This document shows positions 36,201-48,034 of a stretch of DNA of 64,000 nt, piece after piece. The position numbers and the translations under genes were made by a program. The DNA is from Geosiphon pyriformis uo1. Taxonomy: Eukaryota; Fungi; Glomeromycota. Under the pieces are notes generated by a model, which did no database searches, was not told the origin of the DNA, and saw only the letters and a program-made list of their open reading frames with translations. The stretch spans positions 62,001-126,000 of the forward strand of contig JAAOMT010000531.1 of the NCBI GenBank assembly GCA_016748015.1, read 5' to 3'. Positions within the stretch are counted from its first letter, which is position 1. Each line of letters starts with the position of its first letter.

Positions 36201-39200
36201 TATTATCTAACACATTTTCTAAGCAGGCCTGTTCACACTTTTTTTCAAGACACATTATTTTTTTCTGCATTACAATAGCAACAGCAGCCAAGCCTTTATT
36301 CTGTTCAGCTAATCCAGCCATACTTTCCTTAATTGACACATCTATAGCAGGTAAAGTAAACAACAATTTGGTAACTAAAACAACCAGAGCACTAACAGGC
36401 TCAACCAAAAATTTTATCAGCAAAAACAATTCACCAAGATGGGATTTCAGAGAAGCCAACTTAGATTCAACAGCAATATTGAGAGCAGATGAAACAACAG
36501 ACAACATGAAAGTTGTAGGTTTAAAGGAACCACCAAGATCCAAGTTCATATTAGCAGCAGCAGTAATAAAAGAAACCACAATGGCAACAGCTTTGGCATA
36601 AAATTTGGATTCAGCAAATGAGGATTTGAAAACTTTTGGGCCATTAGAGAAGTTGAAAGAGACTTTGAAAAGAAAAAGTGGTGACACTTTGCACTCTAAA
36701 GCCAAATGATCCATATCTTGACATCTATAGTAGTGGTGACATCTAGGAGTTTTTTATCAGATGCAACAGCCATGTAAGGTACCAGTTTTTGAAACAGCAA
36801 TGTTCAAAGATTCCAGGGAATTAAAGGTAACCACAGCAAAATGTTGACGTCAGTATGACTCAGGAGAATAAGGAATGAAACAGGTACAGCCACCAACTTA
36901 AGAGACCAAATCACTAATTTCAAAGACAGTACAGCCAAAAGAAAGATTGACCAACTTGACTTTGAAAGCATTTCTTAAGGTAATAACTTCTTTTTGGTTG
37001 ACTAAAGATAGAATTCTAATACTGTTTTTCTTTACCAGTACTAACCAATGAGTAAAAACAGCAGCAGCAGCAGAAGAAGTGTCTTTGAAATGAACCACAA
37101 CATATTGCCATAAGCCAATAGGCTTTAACTTGACAGAAGTGACAACACCAAAAATGCCAAAAGCAAATTTGATGTTATCAGAAGAGGTACCTAAAAGTAC
37201 ATTATGAAGTGCAATTGACAAAAAAGGGAAAAAAACAGAGGCCACATCAGAAGGCCATGCAATTTTAAGAGTAATCAAAAAAACCTTATTACCAATGGCC
37301 ACTTTGGTGGCACCATTTAGACTCTCCTGAGATGCAAATTCCACACAAAACAACTTGACAACATCTCATGAAACAGACTTAAGCCCAATACAACCAGGCA
37401 GCAACTAAAACAAGAAACTAAGCAAAGCCATCTTGATCTTAAATGTAGCAACAAGTACAAGATTGGAGGCCACCCAATCAGAGAACCTTTGGTGACCATT
37501 CACATTTTCCCAAACACCACCATTAGCAGCACTAGAAGTTGGAGGAGGAGCAGATGATTCCATTTCCATCTGATCAGCCCAATTTTTAAGATCATCTAAA
37601 ATAATAGGCTGTTTTGCTATTGAGATTCATGATAATTTGCCAGAGAATACCACATTAGACAATACAGCCAGTGGTTGATCTTGGTCCATCTTAGGAGATG
37701 TGCTACTGCTGTTGTCATCCATATCAGAAAGAGAGCTGGCTGCTGCTATGGAAATCTTACAAAAAATCTCATCTAAAACCACAAAGGATTTCGGTATAAC
37801 CATAGCAGTTGTAACTGCCTGCTGCTATTTTTTGGAATTTTTTGCTTTCATGGCCATTTGTGAAGCAGTAGTAGTACTAGTAGTGGAATTGATGAGAACA
37901 GGAAAGACCAACTTGTTAACTGGTCTATTATTAAAAATCTTTGGGCTTTTAAAAGTAGTAGAGACAACACTAGGACTAATCTGAGTGTGTCTTTTGGAAG
38001 GAATTTTGACTGGAGAAGAACTATCAGCCAAAGGTAAAAAAAATGAACCAGAAGCCACTAAAGGCAGCTTTTTACTAATATTTTTTAAAGAAAATATAGC
38101 CAGAATATTTTGCCTAGCTGCTTTAATAATTGAGAGATCCTCTCGTGTTGAAACTTTATTAGTTACTATAGGAAAAGTAATATTTGCAACTTTTTTACTT
38201 TTAGCTCTAGTTGTGGTCATAAATTTTAAGAGAGAAAGAGTTTTTTATTTTTTTTAATACAGAAGTTCTTTAAGAATGAACCACCTAAAATCCAATTATT
38301 AGTTGTAAAACAAAAAAAATCTTCTTTTAAAGAAAGAAAAGTGGACATTAAAAACTTGTTGGCTAGAAATAACCCAGTTATTTCAAAAGAAGGTAACACT
38401 CTTGGATGAATCTATGTGATACAACACACTATCACTACCAAAAAAACTTGTCTCATCTATTTGAAACCTTATCAATCCAATAGTTATAATAATAAGTTTA
38501 TTAAGAAAGAGATAACTCGAATAAAAAATCTTGGATTTATATAAAAAACCAAGAGTAAATAGGCTTTCCCAGTTGTAATAGTATTTAAAAAAGATGGAAC
38601 CCTATGCTTTTGTGTTGACTGCTACTAATTAAATGTCATTACTATAAAAGACATATACCCACTTCTCAAAATTGATGTAATGCTAGATAAATTCAATAGT
38701 GCTGCTTTCTTCTCAACTATTGACCTAACTACTGAATTTTGGTAAATAGAGATAGATCCAAAAAGAAAACTGCTTTCATTACCAAGTATAGCACTTATGA
38801 ATTCACAGTTATGCTTTTTGGTTTCACCAATGCTTCTCTTACTTTTCAATGCTTAATGAACAAAGTGTTTAAATCAGTAAAAGAAAACTTTGTTTTGGTC
38901 TACTTAGATAACATAATGATATACTTAAAAACCTGGAATAAATATCTTGAACACTTGCAAAAAGTTTTTGACCTGCTCAGAAATGTTGGCCTCAAGATAA
39001 ACCCAATCAAATCTTTTTTCAACATCAATCCACCCAGTTCCTTGGTCATTTTATTACAAAAAATGGAATTTTCTCTGATCTATCTAAGATTGAAAAAGTT
39101 TAGAACATTAAACAATCAATGAATGTTTTTGAACTATACTTTTTTCTGGGTTTGGCTTCTTATTATTGCAAATTTATCAAAAATTTCTCCAAAATTGCTT

Positions 39201-39712
39201 TTCTTTTTAATCAGCTACTCAGGAAAAATGTCAATTATTACTGGGGCACTTATTAACAAAAAGCTTTTGAAATTTTGAAAGAAAAACTTGTTACTAAACC
39301 AATTCTTAAGCAACCTAATCTGGACCAACCTTTTATTCTCCATACTAATACATCTGGTTATAAACTTGGTGCTGTCCTCTCACAAAAAAATAAAAATAGC
39401 AGAGAACATACTATAGCATATGTCAGTAGATCCCTTACACCAGCAGAAAAAAACTATTCAGTAACTAAACAAGAATGCTTAACAGTAGTTTGGACTACTA
39501 ATTACTGGGATCAATATCTTTTTGGTGTAAAATTCTTAATGGTAACAGATTATCAAGTTTTGGTTTGGCTGTACAATAAAAAAAAGCTAGAACACAAATA
39601 AATAACTCACTGAATACTCCACCTGAATGAATTTGACTATAATATTCAACACTACAAAAGAGGAAATTATCAAAATGCTAATGGTCTCTTTAGACTTGTC
39701 ATTCAGTGATAG
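33300..39712 (+). pseudogene. gag-pol: G2b gag-pol (Gag, PR, RT, RNase H), degenerate, zinc knuckle deleted, interrupted by B4
   Basis: Motifs as above. Ends NANGLFRLVIQ-TGA-TAG. Start coordinate approximate. Confidence 0.8.
35812..38257 (-). mobile_element. Family B copy B4, full length
   Basis: TSD tacagaagttc(ttt) at 35801-35811 and 38258-38268. Poly(A). ORF fragments 38220-35953. Confidence 0.92.
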
Positions 39713-39772
39713 TACAACTTCTCAACCAAACCAACTTAATTATTAGTAATACTCTTATAAACAAACATGATA

Positions 39773-41086
39773 ATGAATTTGGACAACTACTCTGCTTTAA
39801 TAGAATTTTTGGATAAAAGACAATATCTACCAAAATACACTTGACAGCAAAGAGAACATTTGTGCAAACAATCAAATTTCTATTTGATTTGCCAGAACTA
39901 ACTATATAAAAGAAATAAAAAAAATTCTGACTGCTTTCAAAGAGTCATTAGATTTGAAGAAAAAGAAATTGTAATCTATAACATACACATTGATTTATTA
40001 GCTAAACACTTTGAAAAAACAAAAACAATCTAGAAAACTTTAGCTTGCTATTATTAGTCTATCTTAAAAAAAGACATTGTTGAGTATATTTAAATCTGTA
40101 ATATCTGCCAAAAAAAAGGCAAACCCAATTGCAAAGAAGATATTCATCCAATCTCTGTTGGTTAATCATTCAACAGAATTGGTATAGATGTTGTTAGATT
40201 TTTAACAATAACTCCTAATGGCAACAGATATATTATCACAGCTACCAACTATTTTACAAAGTGAGTAGAAACAAGAGCCACTTTAGACCAAACAATAGTC
40301 TCAATAGCCAATTTCATTTATAAAGATATTATTTGTTGTTATAGCTGTTCCAAAAAACTTTTATTTGATAGAAGAAGAGCTTTTTTCAGTACACTGGTTG
40401 AAGAACTTTGTAGAAAAATAGGAATATGTCATAAACTTTTTTCTTTTTATCATCCTCAAACAAATGGCTTAGTGGAATGTTTTAATAGAACACTATGTGA
40501 AACTTTAGTCAAAACCAGTAAAGAAACAAACTTATAGAACAAAATACTGTTTTTAGCTTTGTTTGTTTATAAAACTGTGAATTATGACATAACAAGTTAT
40601 GAACTTTTTTATTTGCTTTATGGATGTATGGCAACACTATCAATAGAAACTAATATTAAGACAATACCCTTTGAAGAGATCACAATAGGAAATTACAAAG
40701 ACATTTTACAAAGAAGACTTGATACCATTATTGATTCCTTGGTAGAAGCACAAATAATTGCTTTTGAAAAGATAAAACAGTTCCAAGAAAAGCTTAAAAA
40801 AAAGAAAACCTATAAAACACTTTTTTTAAGTGTTGGTGACTTGGTATTAGAATACTGTTCAGACAGAGACAATGTCTATGATGATAAATTCTCTAATCAG
40901 TAGAAAGAACTCTTTATAGTTAACAAAGTTTTGAACATTGATTTTTATATTTTTCAAGACCAATCTGAAACAATCTTCAATAATCATTCTGTTTATAGTA
41001 TATGACTTAAAAAATATCATAAACGACCTGATTGGTTGTCTGTTGTGATAATACTGACCCAAATGATTAACAAAAATCAAGTATAA
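39773..41086 (+). pseudogene. G2b integrase in a separate ORF
   Basis: MNLDNYSALIEFL start; CNICQ; RIGIDVV; HPQTNGLVECFN. Many stops; end approximate. Confidence 0.8.
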
Positions 41087-41179
41087 ATAAATACACTATT
41101 TCCAAAACAGAGATATTTTCAATTGACATAAACAATTATTTTTTGGATCAAAACATTCAAAACACCTTCTATGCTTTCT

Positions 41180-41729
41180 ATGAGTATTGAATTAAAAACT
41201 ATCCAAATGCTACTCTGACTATTGAAACAATAGAACACATACTATTATTAAACCAAAAAAAACCACTACCAGAAGAGAAAAAATTGGTAGCAAAATGGAT
41301 AAATATCTATTAGAAAGTATAACAGCAGTTATACTCTCATTTTCTAGCACAATTAGAAAAACAATTCTAGAAATCTTGCCTATAGACAAAAATTTGTAAT
41401 ATGGAAGGCAATTAAAACTCTATGGTCACCTTGAAGAAATCATAAAGAATATGAAACTCATGAAAAAAACAACTTCAAAGATAGAAGCAGAAATTTTGGA
41501 CATTATATAATTAGATGTCCCAAGAGTTTTAACTATTACTAAAAGAGCCAAAACTCTAATACAAAAATTTGGTCTCTTGAATACAAAACTCATTTTATCT
41601 TAAATATTATATTCTATCCACAAAAAACTTCAACAAACTAGTTAGCTTTAAGTTAGATAAAACTTTTCAAATAGATTATACCATAAATAGCTTGATTTTG
41701 CCAAAGCTCAATCTCTTTAGAAAAGATGA
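41180..41729 (+). pseudogene. G2 accessory ORF3 (copy in G2b)
   Basis: Homologous to minus-strand ORFs 43046-42507 and 49242-48805, between IN and PPT. Confidence 0.65.
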
Positions 41730-42468
41730 TATTATAGTTAAATCTATACTTTTTATTAATTATCACATGTATTAGCCACTGATGTTATATAATTAACCAC
41801 TCTATTTTTAGAAAGTAATCATTGATCTAATCAATGATCTGACCATTAATCTGATTATTGACCTAATTATTGATCTGATCAATAACTTGATTATTGACTT
41901 GATCATTGACCTAGTTATTGACCTGATTATTAATTACTTTTGATAAGTATATAAGCAATGAATCTCTTAACTGTAGAAAAACATGTAAGAATCAAAGAAA
42001 ATAAATAAATAAAATAACAACTTTCATCTCAATCATTCTCTTATTGCTAAATTTTTCTTTCCCTATCTTTAAGTATCTGAACATTTTGGGATAAAAGATT
42101 ACTTGTTGGTTATTTTTTATTCTTTTCCTGAAATGTGTAATTGCAGCATTTGAAAATTATTGTATAAAATGTAACTGAAGAGTATATTTGATATCTAATA
42201 TTAAATTTTAAGAGTGCTAACACAAGGCATAGAATTATACCAGTATGTGATTATTTGTTGACAGTATGGATTATTTTTCTCCCTTCAGATTTTCCAGTTA
42301 TCTTTTGAAAAGTATAGCGACTAAGATATTTTATAAGACTGATTTTGCACATTGAATCCATACTTATTCAATTTGCTCTTTAAAGTTAAATTCTCTTTAA
42401 TTCTTTTCATCACCTTACAATCCTGTTCTTCCTTGTTATCTATTAGCTTGTTACTCCAACCCATAATA
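41730..42468 (+). repeat. G2b 3' LTR (739 bp)
   Basis: Colinear with 32519-33258; preceded by purine tract agaaaagatga. Confidence 0.92.
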
Positions 42469-42506
42469 ATATCATCTTTTCCAAAGAGATTAAACTTTAG
42501 CAAAAT

Positions 42507-43046
42507 CTAGCTATTTATAGAATAATCTATTTGAAGGGTTTTATCTAGCTCAAAACTAACTAGTTTATTAAAGTTTTTTGTGAATAAAGTATATAATATT
42601 TGTGGCAAAATAAGTTTTGTGTCCAAGAAATCAAATCTTTGTATAAGAGTTTTGGCTCTTTTAGCAATAGTCAAAACTCTTAAGACATCTAACTGTATAA
42701 TGCCCAAAATTTTTACTTGTATCTCTGAAATTGTTTTTTTTATGAGCTTTATATCTTTTATGATTTTACTAAGATAACCATAGAGTTTTAATTGTCTTTC
42801 ATATAATAAATTTTTGTCTATGGGCAAGATTTCTTAGATTGTTTTTTTAATTGTGCCAAAAAGTGAAAGTATTACTACTGTTATACTTTCCAACAGATAT
42901 TTATTTATTTTACTACCAATTTTTTTTCTTTTGATAGTTGTTTTCTTTGGTCTAATAACAATATGTGTTTCACTGTTATCAGTTATAATGGTCTGTTTTT
43001 CAATGATCAGAGTAGTATTTGAATAGTTTTTTGATTCAATACTCAT
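42507..43046 (-). pseudogene. G2 accessory ORF3 (copy in G2a)
   Basis: MSIESKNY..RPKKTTIKRKK..LYGYLSKII..IAKRAKTLIQRF; one internal stop. Confidence 0.65.
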
Positions 43047-44486
43047 GGAGAATATAGAAGATATTTTGAATGTTTTGATTTAGGAAATAGTTGTTCATGT
43101 TAATTGAAAATACCTCTGTTTTAGAAATGGTGCATTTATTTATACTTGATTTTTGCTAATTATTTGGGTCAGTATTACCACAACAGACAACTAATCAAGT
43201 TATTTGTAATATTTTTTAAGTCATGTACTATAAACAAAGCAATTATTAAAGATTGTTCTATATTGATCTTATAGGATATAAAAACTATTGTTCAAAACTT
43301 TGTTGACTAAAAAGAGTTTTTTCTACCAGCTAGAGAATTTATTATCATAAACATTGTCTCTGTTTAAACAGTATTCTAATACTAAGTTACTAATACTTAA
43401 AGAAAGTGTTTTATAGATTTTCTTCTTTTTAAGCTTTTCTTGAAACTGTTTTATTTTTTTAAAAGCAATTATTCATATTTCTACCAAGAAGTCAAGAATG
43501 GTACCAATTCTTTTTTAAAAAATATCTTTATAATTTTCTATTGTAATTTCTTTAAAAAATATTGTTTTAATGTTAGTTTCTATTGATAATATTGTCATGT
43601 ATCCATAGAGCAGATAAAAAGATTTATAATTTGTTATGTCATGATTCACAGTTTTATAGACAAACAAAGTTAAAGGCAGTACTTTGTCCCATAAGTTTGT
43701 TTCTTTACTGGTTTTGGCTAAGGTTTTATATAGTGTTCTATTAAAACATTCCACTAGACTATTTGTTTAGAGATAGTAATGAGAAAAAAGTTTATGACAT
43801 ATTCCTATTTTTCTACAAAGTTCTTCAACCAGTGTACTGAGAAAAGCTCTTCATTTATTAGATTAAAGTTTTTTGGGGCAGCCATGATAGCAGATAATAT
43901 TTTCATAAATGAAATTGGCTATTGAAATTGCTGTTTGGTCTGAAGTGACTCTAGTTTCTACTCACTTTGTAAGATAATTAGTAGTTGTGATAATATATCT
44001 ATTACTATTAGAAGTTATTATTAAAGGTCCAACAATATCTATACCAATTCTGTTAAATGGTTGACCAATAAAGATTAGATGGATATCTTCTTTTCTATTG
44101 AGTTTTTCTCTTCTTTAACAAATATTACAGATTTTGATGTATTTAACAATGTCTTTTCCCAAAATAGGCCAATAATAACAAGTTTAAGTTTTTTGAATTG
44201 TTTTTGTTTTTCCAAAGTGTCTAGTTAATGAGTCAGTATACATATTGTATATTACAATTTCTCTTTCTTCAAATCTAATGACTTTTTAGGAGCAATCAGA
44301 ATTTTTTTTGTTTTTTTTATATAATTGGTTCTGGCAGATCAAATAGAAATTTGATTGTTTGTGCAAATATTTTCTTTGCTGTCAAGTGTATTCTGATGAG
44401 TATTGTCTTTTACCCAAAAATTCCATTAAAACAGAGTAGTTGTCCAAGTTTAATATCATGTTTATCAAAAAGAAAGTTACTAATAA

Positions 44487-46880
44487 ACAACAAAAAAAAC
44501 TCTTTTTTTCCTAATTTTTATGACCATGACTAGAGCTAAAAGTAAAAAAGTTGCAAATATTACTTTTCCTATAGTAATTAATAAAGTTTCAACATGAAAG
44601 GATCTCTTTATTATTAAAGCAGCTAAACAAAACGTTTTGACTACATTTTTTTTAAAAAATATTAGTGAAAAGCTGTCTTTAGTGGCTTCTGGTTTATTTT
44701 ATTCACCTTTGGCTGGTGGTTTTTCTCCAGTCAAAGTTTTTTCCAAAAGATACACCCAGATTAGTTTCAGTATTGTCTTTACCACTTTAAAAAGTCCTAA
44801 GATTTTTAATAATAAACCAGTTAACAAGTTGGTTTTTCCCACTTTCACCATTCTTACTACTGTTATTACTACTACTTCACAAATGACTGTAAAAGCCAAA
44901 AATTCCAAAAAACAGCAGCTGGTACTCATAACTGCTTTGGGAATACTAAACTTCTTTGTGGTTCTAAATAAAATATTGGGTAAGATCTCCACAGCAGCAG
45001 TCAATTCTTTTCCTAATATGAATAGCAACAACAGCAACACATCTCCCAAAATGGGCCAAAATCAACCACTAGCTGTGTTGTCTAATGTGGTATTCTTCAG
45101 CAGATCATTGTCAATACCAGAAGCAAAACAGTCTATCATTTCAGATAATCTTAAAAATTGGGCTGATCAGATGGAAATAAAATCAACTGTTCTTTTCCCA
45201 ATTTCTGGTGCTGCTGATGGTAGTGCTTGGGAGAATGTGAATAGTCATCAAAAGTTCTTTGGTTGGATGGCCTCCAATTTTGTACCTGGTGTTATATTTA
45301 AAATTAAGATGGTCTTGCTTATTCCTTGTTTTAGTTATTGCCTGGTTATATTGGGCTTAAGTCTGTTTTATGAGATGCTGTCAAGTTGTTCTGTGTGGAA
45401 TTTGCATCTCAAAAGAGTTTAAATGGTGTCACCAAAGTGGTCATTAGTAATGAGGTTTTTTTAACCACTCTTAAGATTGCACAGTCTTTTGGTGTGGTCT
45501 TTGTTTCTTCCTCTCTTTTGTTAATTGCACTTTGTAATGTATCTTTGGGTACCTCTTCTGATGACATCAAATTTGCTTTTGGCATTTTTGGTGTGGTCAC
45601 TTCTGTCAAGTTAAAGCCTGCTGGCTTATGGCAATATGCTGTGGTTCATTTTAAAGACACTTTTTCTGCTGCTGCTGCTCTTACTTACTGGTCAATGCTG
45701 GTAAAAAAAGACAGTATTAGGATTCTACTTTTAGTCAACCAAAAAGAGATTATTACTTCAAGAGATGTTTTCAAAGCCAAGTTGGTCAATCTTTTTTTTA
45801 GTTGTACTGTCTTTGAGATTAGTGATTTGGTCTCTCAAGTTGGTGGCCATTTTTGTTTTATTCCTTACTCTCCTATGTCATATCAACATCAATGTTTTGC
45901 TATGGTTACTTTTGATTCCTTGGAATCTTTAAACATTGCTGTTTCAAAAACTGGTACCTTACATGGCTGTTACATCTGGTGGGAAACTCCTGGATGTCAT
46001 TGCTGCTATAGATGTCAAGATATAAATCATTTGGCTTTAGAGTACAAAATGTTACCACTTCTCTCTCCCAAAGTCTCTTTCAACTTCTTTGGTAGCTCCA
46101 AAGTTTTTAAATTCTTATTTGCTAGATCCAAATTTTATGCCAAAGCTGCTGCCATTGTGGTTCCTCTTGTTGCTGCTACTGCTGCTGATATGAACTTGGA
46201 TTTTGGTGGTCCCTCCTCCAACTACAACACTCATGTTGCCTGTTGTTTCTTCTTCTTTGGAATCCTATCTTGGTGAACTGTCTTTGCTGATAAAATCTTT
46301 GGTTGAGTCTATTGGTGCTCTGATTGTTTTAGTTACCAAATTGTTGTCTACTCCACCTGCTGTAGATGTGTCAGTTAAGAAAAGTGTGACTGAATTGGCT
46401 GAGCAGAATAAAGACTTGATTGCTGTTGTTATTGTGATGCAGAAGAGAATAACATGTCTTAAAAAAAAGTATGAACAGACCTGCTTGGAAGATGTGTCAG
46501 ATAATGATGACATGGATGATAATGATAATGAAGATAAAGATTTCTCTGTCTATAATAACACATTTGATGTTATGATACATTTATGAAAAGATCAGCCTTT
46601 TAGTATTAAATCCAATCTTAATCTAACTACTAAGTGAATGAGTAAAATGGTTAAAAATAGTTATGAGCTTGTTAGCATTATGGGTAAGATGTATTAATTA
46701 GATATGTTTAATACATTAAGTAGCAAAGATAGTACTAGTATGTAGTTAGGACTTTCCATTTGTGGTTAACTACATCTTGTAATTTTTGTATTATTGGGTG
46801 AGCTGGCTTTATAAAACCACCACATTACTGTAAACTTAACTAATAAATGATCAGCATGGCTACATATTAACAAAAAAAAA
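44487..46880 (+). mobile_element. Family B copy B5, full length
   Basis: 5' aaaactcttt..ATGACC (ATG 44520); CYRCQDINHLALEY knuckle; stop ~46745; tail and poly(A) to 46880. Confidence 0.9.
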
Positions 46881-47024
46881 TATATTTTATGAGATTGATT
46901 TTGCACATTAAATCCTTACTTATTCAATTCGTTCTTTGAAGTTGAATTTCCTTTAATTATTTCCATTATTCTACAATTTTGTTCTCCCTTGCTATCCATT
47001 AGCTTATTACTCCAATTTGTAATA
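46881..47024 (+). repeat. G2 LTR 3'-terminal fragment
   Basis: Matches the last ~145 bp of the G2 LTR, ending tgtaa(t)a. Confidence 0.85.
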
Positions 47025-47155
47025 CTATTACTACTTTTACTTCTGCTTCACAAATGGCTGAAAAAACCAAAACAGCAGTAAGCAGTTGCAACTATTATGG
47101 TCATACCAAACCTTTTTGTGGTTCCAGATAAGATTTTGGGAAAAATTTTCAACAA
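47025..47155 (+). mobile_element. Family B internal fragment
   Basis: Encodes SASQMAEK..PNLFVVPDKILGK, as in the B ORF. Confidence 0.75.
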
Positions 47156-48034
47156 TTTACTATGCCTCAAATTTGGAAAATAAGTTTTTTACAAAGAAAT
47201 TTTTAATTATAATATATTATTATTACCACAACAGACTTAAAAGTGTCTGATAATAACACCAGTCATGCAAAGAAGTACAAGTATAGAGACTATTAACTGT
47301 AAAGCCCAAGTAGAGAGAAACAAAACTTCCACTACAGAAAAAGAAAAAAATAACACAACTCTGCAAAATACAACAATAGTAGTTGTTACAAGACTTACTA
47401 CATCTCTACTCAAATTTGAAACTGTCAACAGACTATTTGGAAGTGTAAATACAAGTAGTAGAGACAACACACCTTTTAGAATAGCTAACACATAAAAAAA
47501 AACAGTTCCACATAGGCAAGCAGCAGACTTTTTTTACAATAACAGTTAACAGACTAGAAGAAAAAACTAATAAAAAATACAGACACATTGAAAGAATAAG
47601 TGTAAAAGGTCTAACTAAGAAATTCAACCAAGTAATTAAAGAAGATTCATTTAGAAACACAACTTTTCAGACCAACAACTTTGTTTTACAACCAATGTTT
47701 ACCAAAAGTGGAAACAGTAACAAATTCCAAATAGAAGCTGAGATTAGTAAAAAAAAGACCTCAAAATTCCTGAAAAAAATGGATAGACCACCAAAAGCAA
47801 CAAAAGAAGACAGTGAAAGAGCTGCACAAATAGAGCTTTGAAGAAATACAATCCTGATATTTTGGACAAGATCAACAATAAAAATTCTGTGGTGGAAATT
47901 GTGAAGCAAAAAGACAATACATTTGTTATAAACCAAAATGAGACCAATCTGGATGACAACACAGAGGATATAAAAAACTCTGAATTGGGCCTGTTAAACA
48001 GAATAAGAAGTCCAAGCCCAGAACAAGATAGTAG
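47156..48034 (+). mobile_element. LINE A copy A6: probable 5' UTR and ORF1 N-terminus (ATG 47265), interrupted by G2c
   Basis: 47327-48034 is colinear with window 1-712. The 5' boundary is approximate. Confidence 0.8.

Larger units (their letters stand above)
32519..42468 (+). mobile_element. G2b: full-length decayed Ty3/Gypsy element containing B4
   Basis: LTRs 32519-33258 and 41730-42468, TSD atat, PBS tggtgc at 33265, gag QDPIEWLDDFE, PR LILDNESS, RT YLDN(D)I, RH, IN, ORF3. Confidence 0.92.
31842..44486 (-). mobile_element. G2a: 3' half of a minus-strand G2 element (3' LTR 31842-32517; PPT, ORF3 and integrase 42473-44486), split by G2b
   Basis: Reverse complement of the G2 LTR, ORF3 and IN. 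Rejoins across TSD atat (32515-32518, 42469-42472). Confidence 0.85.
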
